Assembly (NCBI GenBank): GCA_030390025.1 | Contig: CM059433.1 | Location: 111,290,001 to 111,354,000 of the forward strand | Direction of reading: 5' to 3' | Origin: Squalus acanthias | Lineage: Eukaryota | Length of the DNA: 64,000 bases | In this document: piece after piece, positions 38,026 through 49,506 of the stretch | How positions within the stretch are numbered: the first letter of the stretch is position 1 | How the letters are laid out: each line of letters begins with the position of its first letter | Notes under the pieces: generated by a model | Told to the model about the DNA's origin: nothing | Seen by the model: the letters and a program-made list of their open reading frames with translations, nothing else | Database searches by the model: none | Program-made: the position numbers and the translations under genes

Positions 38026-39212
38026 TTAGTATTTAAAAATGAGCTACTTGTCAAAGTTCATCTGCACCTTGATTTTATAGGACAGCTAACAATTGGTCAA
38101 TAATTCCACAATGCTACCATGATGAGATAACTAATAGTTGTGATTGTCATTTTGAAAAATGTAGGAGTAAAAAGAAGCAAAAGGAAATAAAAATAAATTA
38201 TTGTAACTGTTGCTGGAATATTCCTCTGTTAGAATTAAAGGCGAAATACCATCCCAAGCAGTATTGATTAAATGTTGAATCTCATATCGTCACAAGTGCT
38301 AACATACTTATTGGGAACTATTGTGAGTTTCAACTGTCACCAATACCTAATAATTATCGCTTTACAGTACTATTCACGGAAGCTTAAAAGCTTTTTCAAG
38401 TGGTCAATTGAGTTGTCATAAGTCTGTATCTTAAGCCATGGAGAAACATTTCTTGTGAAACAGAATGAAAATGGTTTGATGTGTAATATGATGCATGTGT
38501 ACTTCCTTTTACACAAAAAGACAGCTGGATTGATTTTTTTCCAGTGCATTGTGTTAAATGCAGTGATGTTTTACTCGGTCTCATGAACCTTTACATATAC
38601 TTTGGCATTTTTACATCTTTGTATCGAATCTGTATCCACCCATGAAAAATTATTTATGAATCCTGTTGGACTTCCCCCTCAGGATAAAAATAGGAATAGG
38701 TACCTAATCATTAACATACAGTGCAATGGCATTCTTCTGCCTCTATATAATTAAAAGTATTGCATCTAGCTCACGTCAGTTGACTTGAGAAATAGGCTGC
38801 TAAATATTGAAGTGTCCGACAGGAACATTAAACATCAAAGTGTCACACTTTTGAAGGTATGGCAATTTGGAACTTGCCCATAAGAGCAATCTGACCCCAA
38901 AACATAAACAGAGCCCCAAGTATCCCACTCTTTCCCAGTCCTCAGCTCTGTCTATCCACTCCATTCTAAACAACAGCCCCAGGCCTTACTATCCCCCAGC
39001 CTCAATGCCTCAGCTCCAGCTTCTCTCTCCCTTATGACTTATAGCACCAGCATTGCATATTGCCACCCGGTCCTGTTACCCAAGCTTAACTTGCTACAGG
39101 TGGTCTAACATCTTGCTGTGTACTCTGGACTTTAATAAATGTCAGAGAGATTTGGGAGGGTCACTCAGAGTTATTGGAGGCAGAAAGAGAGGCAAGGAAA
39201 TACAGACACAAT

Positions 39213-40731
39213 GGCCGCAAATTTAATTGCGCTGAGGGGGCGGGTTTGGAGGCGGGTCCGCTGTCAAATTCACAAAGATTGACAGCGGGTAGGAAACCCG
39301 CCGTCAACCCGCCTCCACGCGAGTCTCCCAGGTGTCGGGTCTGTCAGCGCAGAACTGACCCGACACCAAAGCAGCGGGGGAGACAATTCAGCTACTAAAA
39401 TGGCTTGTTAAGAGCCAATTTAAGAGTATTTTGAGGCTTACTTCTAATTTTAACTTCTCCCCCACTGGTTACTCACTGTTCGGGGAACACACCAGCTCAC
39501 CCTGGCGTGTTTTGAGTCTGCTCTGATGTTTGTGAAAAGCTGACAGCTGCAGAAGTGGTGTCAAGGATGCCATGTTGCAGATGGTGAGTTTCAGAGCACA
39601 GAAAATGTTGGTTACTGCATTTTTAATACATATAGAGATTTCTTAGCTTACAAGTTTTTAGATCCAACTGTATGTCCAGTGCTACCTCATTGGGAGAACC
39701 TCTCCTCCGGTGACAAATCGCTTCTGTCATCTCACCTGCAGCGGCCATCTATTCCAGCAACATCAGAGCCAATGAAACAATCAGACCTTGGTCCTCCATA
39801 CCTTCCACAACACCAACATCACCAACCTCATCACCAACCTTCTCCACCATCACCTGATGCTGCACTGGACACAGGGCATCAGTCCCTGACAACATTGCTG
39901 CCCGGGAAGTCAGCGATGGCATCACCATGACTTTCTTCACTTGATGCTGTAAACCCTGGCTGCCACATGATGCGCCAGGTTGACACCACCCCACACCAGC
40001 ACCGTGAAGCATCCCTTTAATGTCCAAGCCATTCCATGCACACTCATCACTATAGCGAGGGCTGGGGGGGTGGGGGGGGGGGGTGGGTAGTTGTGACTGA
40101 ATAATCACTGGAACTCAGTAAGACACTTCTCAAGGTGCGCTCAGATCTGTCCAATAAGGGGCACTTCTTGAAAAAGAGATTTCACTGTATGACAACACAT
40201 TACCAGAAACTTCACATGGACATTGGCTAAACCTCTCAAGTGCCTACCTTTGTGTGTTGTTAGTTGGTATGCTTGCAGTAGAATGAGGGTGAGTGTGAGG
40301 GGTGGCTAGTGAGATGGGGAAGTGATAAAGTAGATAGAGAGTGTTGGGTGGAGGTGCAAGGTAAGTTGGTGTCCTGGGGAGGTCTCTTCCACCCTTGTAG
40401 AGGGAGTCATTGGAGAGCCTGGGTGCAAGCGTCCACCTTTGTGCAATGCTTGTCAGTGTTTGCAGCACCTCAATGCTGTCAAACACTGACGGATCAACTG
40501 TCAAACTCTATGTGGCCGTGGGCCCTTTAAGGCAACCGGCTGATGACGCGCTATCAAATGACGTCATCAGACCCGATTCCTGTTAATTGGCCGGTAAGCC
40601 CGCAGGGCAGGCTTAACAAAGCCAAGCAAGGTAAAATCACGTCTGCAGAGCGGATGCAGCTGGGAGCGGGACGGGAACCCAGAAACCAACTGCCCCGCCC
40701 TTATCCCGCCTCCTTAATTAAATTTTCGGCC
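39213..40731. mobile_element. non-autonomous Harbinger (GGCC-TIR family)
   Basis: TIRs GGCCGCAAATTTAATT / AATTAAATTTTCGGCC; minus-strand Myb start APRLSNDSL; homologous to 46060-49448 and 58959-59830. Confidence 0.85.
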
Positions 40732-40822
40732 GATAATTCAAAACAGTGTGTGCGACAGCCATAGAGAGACACAGAGGAAGACTGGAAGAAAATTATTATG
40801 CGAGGTCCCTTATTTGTTAGGG

Positions 40823-41152
40823 CAACAGGAACTCTCAGCGTAGAGAGTCGCCGCGGGCCTCCACCACCCCCCACCCCCCCCAACAGGAACTCTCAGCGTA
40901 GAGAGTCGCCGCGGGCCTCCACCACCCCCCACCCCCCGCCAACAGGAACTCTCAGCGTAGAGAGTCGCCGCGGGCCTCCACCAATACCGCCCCCCCAACA
41001 GGAACTCTCAGCGTAGAGAGTCGCCGCGGGCCTCCACCACCCCCCACCCCCCCCAACAGGAACTCTCAGCGTAGAGAGTCGCCGCGGGCCTCCACCAATA
41101 CCCCCCCCCCAACAGGAACTCTCAGCATAGAGAATCGTCATGGGCCTCCACC
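40823..41152. repeat. tandem array of 6 units of ~58 bp
   Basis: Constant CAACAGGAACTCTCAGCGTAGAGAGTCGCCGCGGGCCTCCACCA plus a variable C-tract; units start at 40823, 40881, 40940, 40996, 41054 and 41110. Confidence 0.95.
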
Positions 41153-42411
41153 CACCCAACAACCCGACCCTTCCACCACCCCCTCCATGTCACTGGACTA
41201 GCAAGGTGGTAACAGAGACTCTACTCACAAAGCCAAGTGAGAAATCCCAATTCAGGTTGCCACCAGATGAATCAGGTTCCAGCCTTTTTCCGAGGCATTC
41301 CAACAGACTGCTGCCAGATTTCCTGCAGGAATCCAGTGGAATGGCCAAGGGCATTCGATCCCAATTTAATTTTTCCTGTGGGTAATACCACATAGATTAA
41401 CCACATTATATTATACATCGTGCATTTGTGTAACAAACCACCTGTTATAAAATGGTATAATATCCAATGCAGCACAGGAGATTTGCTGGTATATTAAAAC
41501 TGTTCCATTCAGTATTTTCCTCACTAGCATACTCTTTGACAATACTGGAATAAATTTTCACCTTCAGTGCTCCAGGCTAAGAGCTTCACACATCAGCAGC
41601 ATATATTGTGAATGTGGGTGAATGCCAAGTCATAGGCCCACGCGTTTTCTGTCCAGTAGTTTTATGGTTATCAGTACAACAGGATTTTGCTCTATTTTCT
41701 TCAGGTATCTCCCCATCTCCACCCTTTGTCACAGCCTAATTAGAGTACACAATAATACTACTTCTAATAACTATGTATAATGGGGTGCTTTGCTGAGTTT
41801 GCATTGCTGTCGGGAGCCTTGCCAGTGGAACAAACTCAGAAAATCGGGCGAATAGGATCTATAATCTATTCAATGAATGATCTCTGCTGTGTCCTGTGGA
41901 TCTGACCCTATCCATGTTTGAGTTTGTCTTTCTGGAGCACCTTCCATGAAATTGTTCCCTCATTTTACAGTGGTGAGCCAAAGGACATTTACAAGGGATA
42001 TCACTGTTCGGTTGTCCGGATGGGAAAGAGTTTCCCTTTGAGCTTGTCTACTGCCTTTATTTTCATTCCAAAGCCTATTTCTTTTAAAGAATTGTGTTTT
42101 ATCCCAGGTAATCATTTACTTTCAGAAATTCTAAAGTCTGTTGAGATTAAATGTAAGTAATTAATTTGTTTTGGTGCCTTGCCAGGCATTGAAAAATTGA
42201 GGGTAATGGTCCTGGCTCACGCTCGATTTCATCCTTACTCCTGATTTCCATTTTTTTTAAAAATTTTGAGCTTTGTTATTTTTACCTCGGCTTCTATTGT
42301 GTGAATTAAACTGCTATTTTGAAATACGGTTTCATCTGATTTTATTTTCCTTGCCCTGTCAAATCAAAAATTGCTCTGTTTTTCTTAGCCATGATTTTAA
42401 GGCCGCAAAAT

Positions 42412-42980
42412 GTTCTTCTTCTTAGGCAGTCCCTTGGAACCGAGGATGACTTGCTTCCACATTAATAATGAGTTCTCAGGTGACTGATGAGTCCAATGCG
42501 GGACCTACAGTCTCTGTCATAGGTGGGGCAGACGGTGGTTGAAGGGGCGGGTGGGTGGGGTGCTTGGGTTGACGTGCGCTCCTTGCGCCTGCGCTTGGCT
42601 TCCGCTTGGTCCCGGCGAAGAGACTCGAGGTGTTCGGCGCCTTCCCAGATGCTTCTCCTCCACTTTGTGCGGTCTTGGGCCAGGGATTCCCAGGTGTCGG
42701 TGGGGATGTTGCACTTTTTCAAGGAGGCTTTGAGGGTGTCCTTGAAGCGTTTCCTCTGCCCACCTGGGGCTCTCTTGCCGTGTTGGAGCTCCGAGTAGAG
42801 CGCTTGTTTTGGGAGTCTCATATCGGGCATGCAGACGATGTGACCCGTCCATCGGAGCTGATCGAGCGTGGTCAAAGCTTCGATGCTGGGGATGTTGGCC
42901 TGAGCGAGAACACTGACGTTGGTGCGCCTATCCTGCCAATGGATTTGCAGGATCTTGTGGAGGCAGCGTCTCCAGTGCTG
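42412..42980 (-). mobile_element. RTE-clade LINE 3' end with C-terminal zinc finger
   Basis: QLRWTGHIVCMPDMRLPKQALYSEL..GGQRKRFKDTLK..CRSRIGLISHLRTH and a (GAA)n tail. Confidence 0.9.
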
Positions 42981-43369
42981 ACCCTGCCAGAAATTGCAGC
43001 ATCAGCTCCATGCAAGAGATCATATAGGCTAAGCTTAGCATGATTTCCAGCACAGGTAACATAAGCTTAACACCAAGATACTGGTTACAAGTAGGGGAAT
43101 ACACATACAGCAGCCGATTTTCAGGGCCTCCGCCCGGCGGGAATATGGTGGTATCAAGCCAACAATGTCAGTGCGCCACTTACCGCCCCATTCCCACTCC
43201 CAACATAGCCACTGCCTTGTACTACCTGCGGTGAGAATGGACTGCCAGAGCGCCCACCTGTTTCAGGTGGAAGCCTACTTTTAATATGCAAATCAGGGTC
43301 TTAAGCCCATTGTAGGAGCTCAATGCAATTGTGAGATACTAATGGGTGCAGTGTGCACTGCTCCAGATC

Positions 43370-44520
43370 TGATCAGAGCTTTGATATGGATGCAAGAGCT
43401 GAATGCCAGTGAAGAGGTGAGAGCATTGGCCACGACAGCCTACCCAGTATGGCATCATGGAGTCCTAGTAAAACTGAGGTCAATGGGAAAACCTTCCAAT
43501 GGCTGGAGTCATACCTGACACAAAAGAAGATGGTTCTCGTTGTCAGTGGCCAAATATTGCAGCCCCAGGACATTGCTGCAGGAGTTCCTCAGGGATACGT
43601 CCTTGGCCTCAATATCTTCAGCTGCTTAACAATGACCTTATCTCTATCATAAAGGTCAGGAGTGGGGCTGTTTGCTAATAATTACACACCATTCAGCTCC
43701 TCTCACAGCTCTTTTAATAATGTAGCCACCTATACCAGCCTAAAGCTGGCCAACATCCAGGCCCGAGTTGACATGTGGCAGGTACCATTCATGCCACATA
43801 AGTGCTAGGTAATGACTGTCTCAAGCAAGAGAAAGCCCATCCATCTCCCTTGACTTTCAATGGCAACACCATCACTGAGTCCCCCACCAACAATATCTTG
43901 GGGGGTCACCATTGACCAGAAGCTGAACTGGACCAGTGATATCAACACTGTCCCTACAGAAGCAGGGCAGAAGCTGAATACTCTGTGACCAGGAGCTCAC
44001 CTCCTGTACCCTCAATTTCTCTCCAGCATTTACAAGGCTCAAACCAGGAGTACTCAGCACTTCACTGGATGAGTGCAGCTGCAACAATACTCAAGGAGTT
44101 TGACACAATCCACAACAGAGCAGTTCACTTGAATGACAGCCCTGACACTGGACTCAATATCCACTCCCTCCATCACTGCTGCACCGTGGCTACAGTATGT
44201 ACAATCCCACAAGATGCACTGGAACAATTCACCAAAGCCATTTTGACAGCACTTCTTTCCCCTGCAACCTCTACCACCAAGGACAAAAGCAACAGTGATG
44301 TGGGAACACCAGCACCTCCGAGTTCCCCTCCAAGTAACGCCTCATTCCTGCCTTGGAGGTATATTGCTTTTCTTTCATTGTCGCAGGGTCAATATGCTGG
44401 AATTTCCCTGCCTACTACCATTGTGGGAGCACCGTCGCCACAAGGACTGCAGCAATTGAAAGAGAAGGTCCACCACCACCTTCTCAGGGCAACTGGGGAT
44501 GGGCTATAAATGCTATGAGC
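43370..44520 (+). mobile_element. decayed CR1-group LINE (family of 8108-8551)
   Basis: WLESYLTQKKMVLVVSGQ..AGVPQGYVLG and NIHSLHHCCTVA, plus the shared tail. Confidence 0.85.
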
Positions 44521-45130
44521 AAAAAAAATCATTTTCAGAACCTATAACACTAATGCACTATTCCAGACAGAGAAAGAATCTGTGGTTGCAATTGACCTGC
44601 AGGGGGAGGTGAAAAGAAACTGCACTGTATTTAACTTCAATTCTTTGCTAGTTTTGAAACAACCTTGAATATTTGCTAAATAGAAAAGGAAGAATCTATA
44701 ATCTAATTTTTTAATTTAAAATTTCAGGAAAGAACAAAATTGCAGTTTGTCGTCATTATTGAAGTGTTAAAATTTTAACGAGAAGCAGGTACTTGTTAAA
44801 GTTCATCCGTATCTTAACTTCACAGAACAGGTAATAATTAGTCTATAATGCGGTGATGCTACCATGAGGAGATAACTACAGGGTGTGATTGTCACTTCAA
44901 AAATGGTAGGAGTAAAAAGGAGCCCACAGGAGATGTAAAGATCACTTGCAATTGCTGCTGGAAAATTCACAGCGGTTGTAAAATCAGTTGGTGGAATTTG
45001 CTAAATGTTAAGTCTGCAGAATTCTGTGCCAAAAATACTAGAGCAAGTGGAAACATAATGTAAGTTTTCCAACTGCCAACTTCATAGTACCATTATCCCT
45101 TCACAGCGGTGAAGATTTTCAGGAAAACCA

Positions 45131-45317
45131 TTTCATTGTCGCAGGGTCAATATGCTGGAATTTCCCTGCCTACTACCATTGTGGGAGCACCATCGCCACA
45201 AGGACTGCAGAAATTGAAAGAGAAGGTCCACCACCACCTTCTCAGGGCAACTGGGGATGGGCTATAAATGCTATGAGCAAAAAAAATCATTTTCAGAACC
45301 TATAACACTAATGCACT
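45131..45317 (+). repeat. 187-bp near-identical direct copy of 44373-44559
   Basis: Includes the LINE tail and its unique 3' flank; only 2 substitutions noticed. Confidence 0.92.
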
Positions 45318-46464
45318 TTTAGCGGATTCAATGAGTTCTTGCACGTTCTTCTGCATAAACAGCAACAGTAAGTAGTGAATAAGAGCAAAGAATATGGGGC
45401 ACAGATTTAAGCTGACAGAGTTGTGGCTGAATTAAAGGGCTTGATTTTAATAGCCCTGAGGAGGCGGGTTTGGAGGCGGGTGGGCAGCGAAAATTGGAAA
45501 AAATGGCTTCAGACTGCCAACCCGCCTCCATCCGCCCCCCCCCACCCCCCTCCCCCCCACACGTGATTTTCGTTAGTGTCGGGTCAGCCGCTCCCAAACT
45601 GACCCGACGTTAACTGCCTTGCTAATCCTATTTTTATAGTGGTTTCCCATTTTCGTGCTTCTGGCTCCTGTTTCCCATCTTGTCAGGAACACGCCAGTTG
45701 CAAGGAGATGAGTTTCTCGAGAACATGATTTGTTGCCATTGGTGTAGCACTTTAAAAAGCGCTCCTGTAACATGGCTGACATTCAACTTTGTTGTTGGAG
45801 GTTTGGGATAAGATGTTGAAAATCTACTGACCTTGTGACTGTTCAAGCTGACACCCATCTGCAGTGTTACCTGATTGGAATAATTTCAGGCCACTTTGAG
45901 TGTGCACTTGCAAGCTTCTTGCCTCAACTGAAATCTATAGCAATGGGATGGGAACCATTTACATCCTCTCAGCCTGGTCATCAGATTCGGAGGAAGAGCA
46001 GCCATGGCAGCACCACAACCAGCCACAACAGCAGCACCAGCACCAGGAGCGCCAACCTCCTCCTCACCCACCTGATGCTTCACTGGACACAGGGCATCAG
46101 CCCCTGACAAATTTACTGGCTGGGAGGCCAGCAATGGCATCACCATGGCCAGATTTTCTTCAATTGATGCTGTTAACCCTGGCTGCCATATGATGCGCCA
46201 GCTTGACACCATCTCACACCAGCACCGTGAAGCATCCCTTTAATGTCCAAGCCATTCCATGCACACTCATCACTCTGGGGGGGGGGAGGGGTGGAGGGGC
46301 TGGGAGTTATGACTGAACAATCACTGGAACTCAGTAAGACACTACTCAATGTGCGCTCAGCTCTGTCCAATAAGGGGCACTTTCGGAAAAAGATATTACA
46401 CTGTATGACAACACATTACCAGAAACTTCACATGGACATTGGCTAAACCTTCTCAAGTCTACCC

Positions 46465-48915
46465 TTGTCAAGTATCATCCCAATAATAATAGATAGTCAA
46501 GGGGCTATAGGGAGGGAGGAACTTAAAACAATCTCTATCACTAGAGAAAAAGTACTAGGCAAACTAATGAGGCTAAAGACCGACAAGTCCCTTAGACCTG
46601 ATGGCCTGCATCCTAGGGTCTTAAAGAAGTGGCTGCAGAGATAGTGGATGCGTTGGTTGTAATCTACCAAAAATCCCTGGATTCTGGAGAGGTCCCAGCG
46701 TATTGGAAAACCGCAAATGTAATGCAAATGTAACGCCCCTATTCAAGAAAGGAGGGAGACAGAAACCACAAAACTATAGGCCAGTTAGCCTAACATCTGT
46801 CATTGGGAAAATGCTGGAATCCATTATTAAGGAGGTAATAGCAGGACATTTAGAAAATCATAAGACAATCAAGCAGATTCAGCATGGTTTTATGAAATGG
46901 AAATCGTGTTTGACAAATTTGCTAGAGTTCTTTGAGGATGTAACAAACAGGGTGGATAAAGGGGAACCATGAGATGTAGTGTATTTGGATTTCCAGAAGG
47001 CAATCGATAAGATGCCACATAAAAGGTTACTGCACAAGATAAGAGCGCATGGGATTGGGGGTAATATATTGGCATGGATAGGGGATTGGCTAACTAAGAA
47101 ACTAACAGAAAACAGAGAGTCGGGATAAATGGATCATTTTCCGGTTGGCAACCAATAACTAGTGGGGTGCCACAGGGATCAGTGCTGGGGCCTCAACTAT
47201 TTACAATCTATATTAATGACTTGGATGAAGGGACCAAGTGTACTGTAGCCAAATTTGCTGATGATACAAAGATAGGTGGGTTAGCAAGTTGTGAGGAGGA
47301 CACAAGGGGCTGGATTTTGATACTGGGGCGGGTTGGGGTCGTGTCATCCACTTTTCGTGTTATCCACCCGACTGCAATTGGATGTGGGAGATTGATGCGA
47401 TTTTCACCTAATTGGGCAATTGAGTTCCAGCATGTGGGAACCCATGACCCAATTAGTGTTTTCAGTGTGAAAGTCACCTCTGATGATGTCATCATTGCTG
47501 CTGCATTGAAGGTCTGCAAAGACTGCCTGGCCTTTGCTGTGAGAGGACCTGGATGCAAAATGAGCAGCAGCAGCCCTAAGCCTGCTCCCAGATATTTTTG
47601 CACCACCACTCCCAGATATGTCTCCCATCCACCCCCACTCCCAGATATGTCATCCATCCACCCATCCACCACCACTCCCAGATCGATCGATCGATCGATC
47701 AGCCAGCCAGCCAGCCAGCCAAATGTGCTCCCGCCAGGTTTCACATTCGTGGTTCAGAACAGGCATGCTTCACGTAGAAAAAGGGTTAAAATCACAAAGG
47801 CGTTTCAAAATGGCATTATAGAGGCAATTTAGTGCTTGTTAAGGGCCTTAACAGCCTATCCCGCCTCTTAGAGGCGGGACGGAGTCGGGACCAGCAGACA
47901 CGATTTAATGAAAATTGCGTGGAGGCGGGATGGAGGCGGGCTTGTGCCCGCCCACCAGTTTTCGCAATTTTAACCCCCCACACGCCTCCAAACCCACCTC
48001 CACGGGTCAATGAAAATCCAGCCCAAAGAGTCTGCAACGGGATATAGATAGGTTAAGTGAGTGGGCAAAAATTTGGCAGATGGAGTATAATGTGGGAAAA
48101 TGTGAGGTTATCCACTTTGGAAGGAAGTATGAAAAAGCAAATTATTATTTAAATGGAGTGAGACTACAAAATGCTGCGGTACAGAGGGATCTGGGGGTCC
48201 TAGTACATGAAACACAAAAAGTTAGCATGCAGGTACAGCAAGTAATTAGGAAGGCAAATGGAATGTTAGCCTTTATTGCAAGGGGTATGGAGTATAAAAG
48301 TAGGGAAGTTTTGATGCAACTTTACAGGGCACTGGTGAGACTGCACCTGGAGAACTGCGTACAGTTTTGGTCTCCATATTTAAGGAAGGATATACTTGCA
48401 TTGGAGGCAGTGCAGAGAAGGTTGACTAGGTTGATTCCTGGGATGAAGGGCTTGACATATGTCGAAAGGTTGAGCAGGTTGGGCCTATACTCATTGGAGT
48501 TTAGAAGAATGAGAGGTGATTTTATTGAAACATATAAGATTCTGAGGGGGATTAACAGGGTAGATGCAGAGAGGATGTTTCCCCTAGTGGGGGTATCTAG
48601 AACTAGGGGGCATAGGTTCAGAATAAGGGGTCACCCATTTAAGATGGAGATGAGGAGGAATTTCTTCTCTCAGAGGGTCGTGAATCTTTGGAATTCTCTA
48701 CCCCAGAGAGCTGTGGAGGCGGAGTCATTGAATATATTCAAGGCGGAGATTGACAGACATTTGAACTACAAGGGAGTCAAGAGGTATGGGGAGAGAGCGG
48801 GAAAGTGGTGTTGAGGCCAAGATTGGATCAACCATGCTCTTATTGAATGGCGGAGCAGGCTTGAGTGGCCGATTGGCCTACTCCTGCTCCTGTTTCTTAT
48901 GTTCTTGTGTTCTTA
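46465..48915 (+). mobile_element. CR1 (HER1-like) LINE ORF2 3' half
   Basis: NYRPVSLTS, SCLTNLLEFFE, PQGSVLGPQLF and KFADDTK; 244-aa C-terminal frame at 48080-48814; (TTCTTATG)n tail. Confidence 0.95.
47307..48024 (+). mobile_element. Harbinger MITE nested in the CR1 RT
   Basis: TIRs GGGCTGGATTTT / AAAATCCAGCCC; flanks AAG/AAA; Myb start MSSSSPKPAPRY; left arm homologous to 63546-63860. Confidence 0.85.
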
Positions 48916-49506
48916 TGTTCTTGTGTGTTGTTAGTTGGTATGCTTGCAGTAGGATGATGGTGAGTGTGAGGGGTGGATAGTGAGAAGCGGAAGTGATAAA
49001 ATAGATAGAGAGGGTTGGGTGGAGGTTCAAGGTAATTTGGTGTCCTGGGGAGGTCTCTTCTGCCCTTGGAAGGGAAGAGAACCTCCCTACGTGCTGTGAC
49101 TTTCTCCATAAGCATATGGAGGGAGTCATTGGAGAGCCTTGGTACAAGCGTTCACCTTTGTGCAGTGATTGTCAGTGTTTGCAGCACCTCAATGTTGTCA
49201 ACACTGACATATCAACTGTCAAGATAAAATGTGCATGGTCCCTTTAAGGAAACCGGCAGATGACGCATCATCAAATGACGTTATCAGACCCGCTTCCTGT
49301 TAATTGGCCGGTAAGCCTGCAGGGCGGACTTAATCAGGCCAATCAAGGGAAAATCACGCTTGCAGAGCGGAAGCAGCTGGGGGCGGGACTGGAACCCAGA
49401 AACCAGCTGACCCGCCCCCATCCCGCCTCCAGAATTAAATTCGCGGCCAAAGAATCAGCAGAATAAAGTCACACCTCCCACAAAGTGGCCGCGTTAGTTT
49501 GTATCT

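Larger units (their letters stand above)
45437..49448. mobile_element. chimeric non-autonomous Harbinger with CR1 insertion
   Basis: TSD AAA; left 570 bp matches 11897-12500, remainder matches 39850-40731. Confidence 0.85.

Noticed and set aside
40823-41152. CRISPR-like array or tandem hammerhead ribozymes
   Set aside because: The spacers are only C-tracts, and there is no CUGANGA/GAAA core on either strand
47167-47832. 221-aa RT fusion ORF
   Set aside because: Chance read-through from the CR1 RT into the inserted MITE
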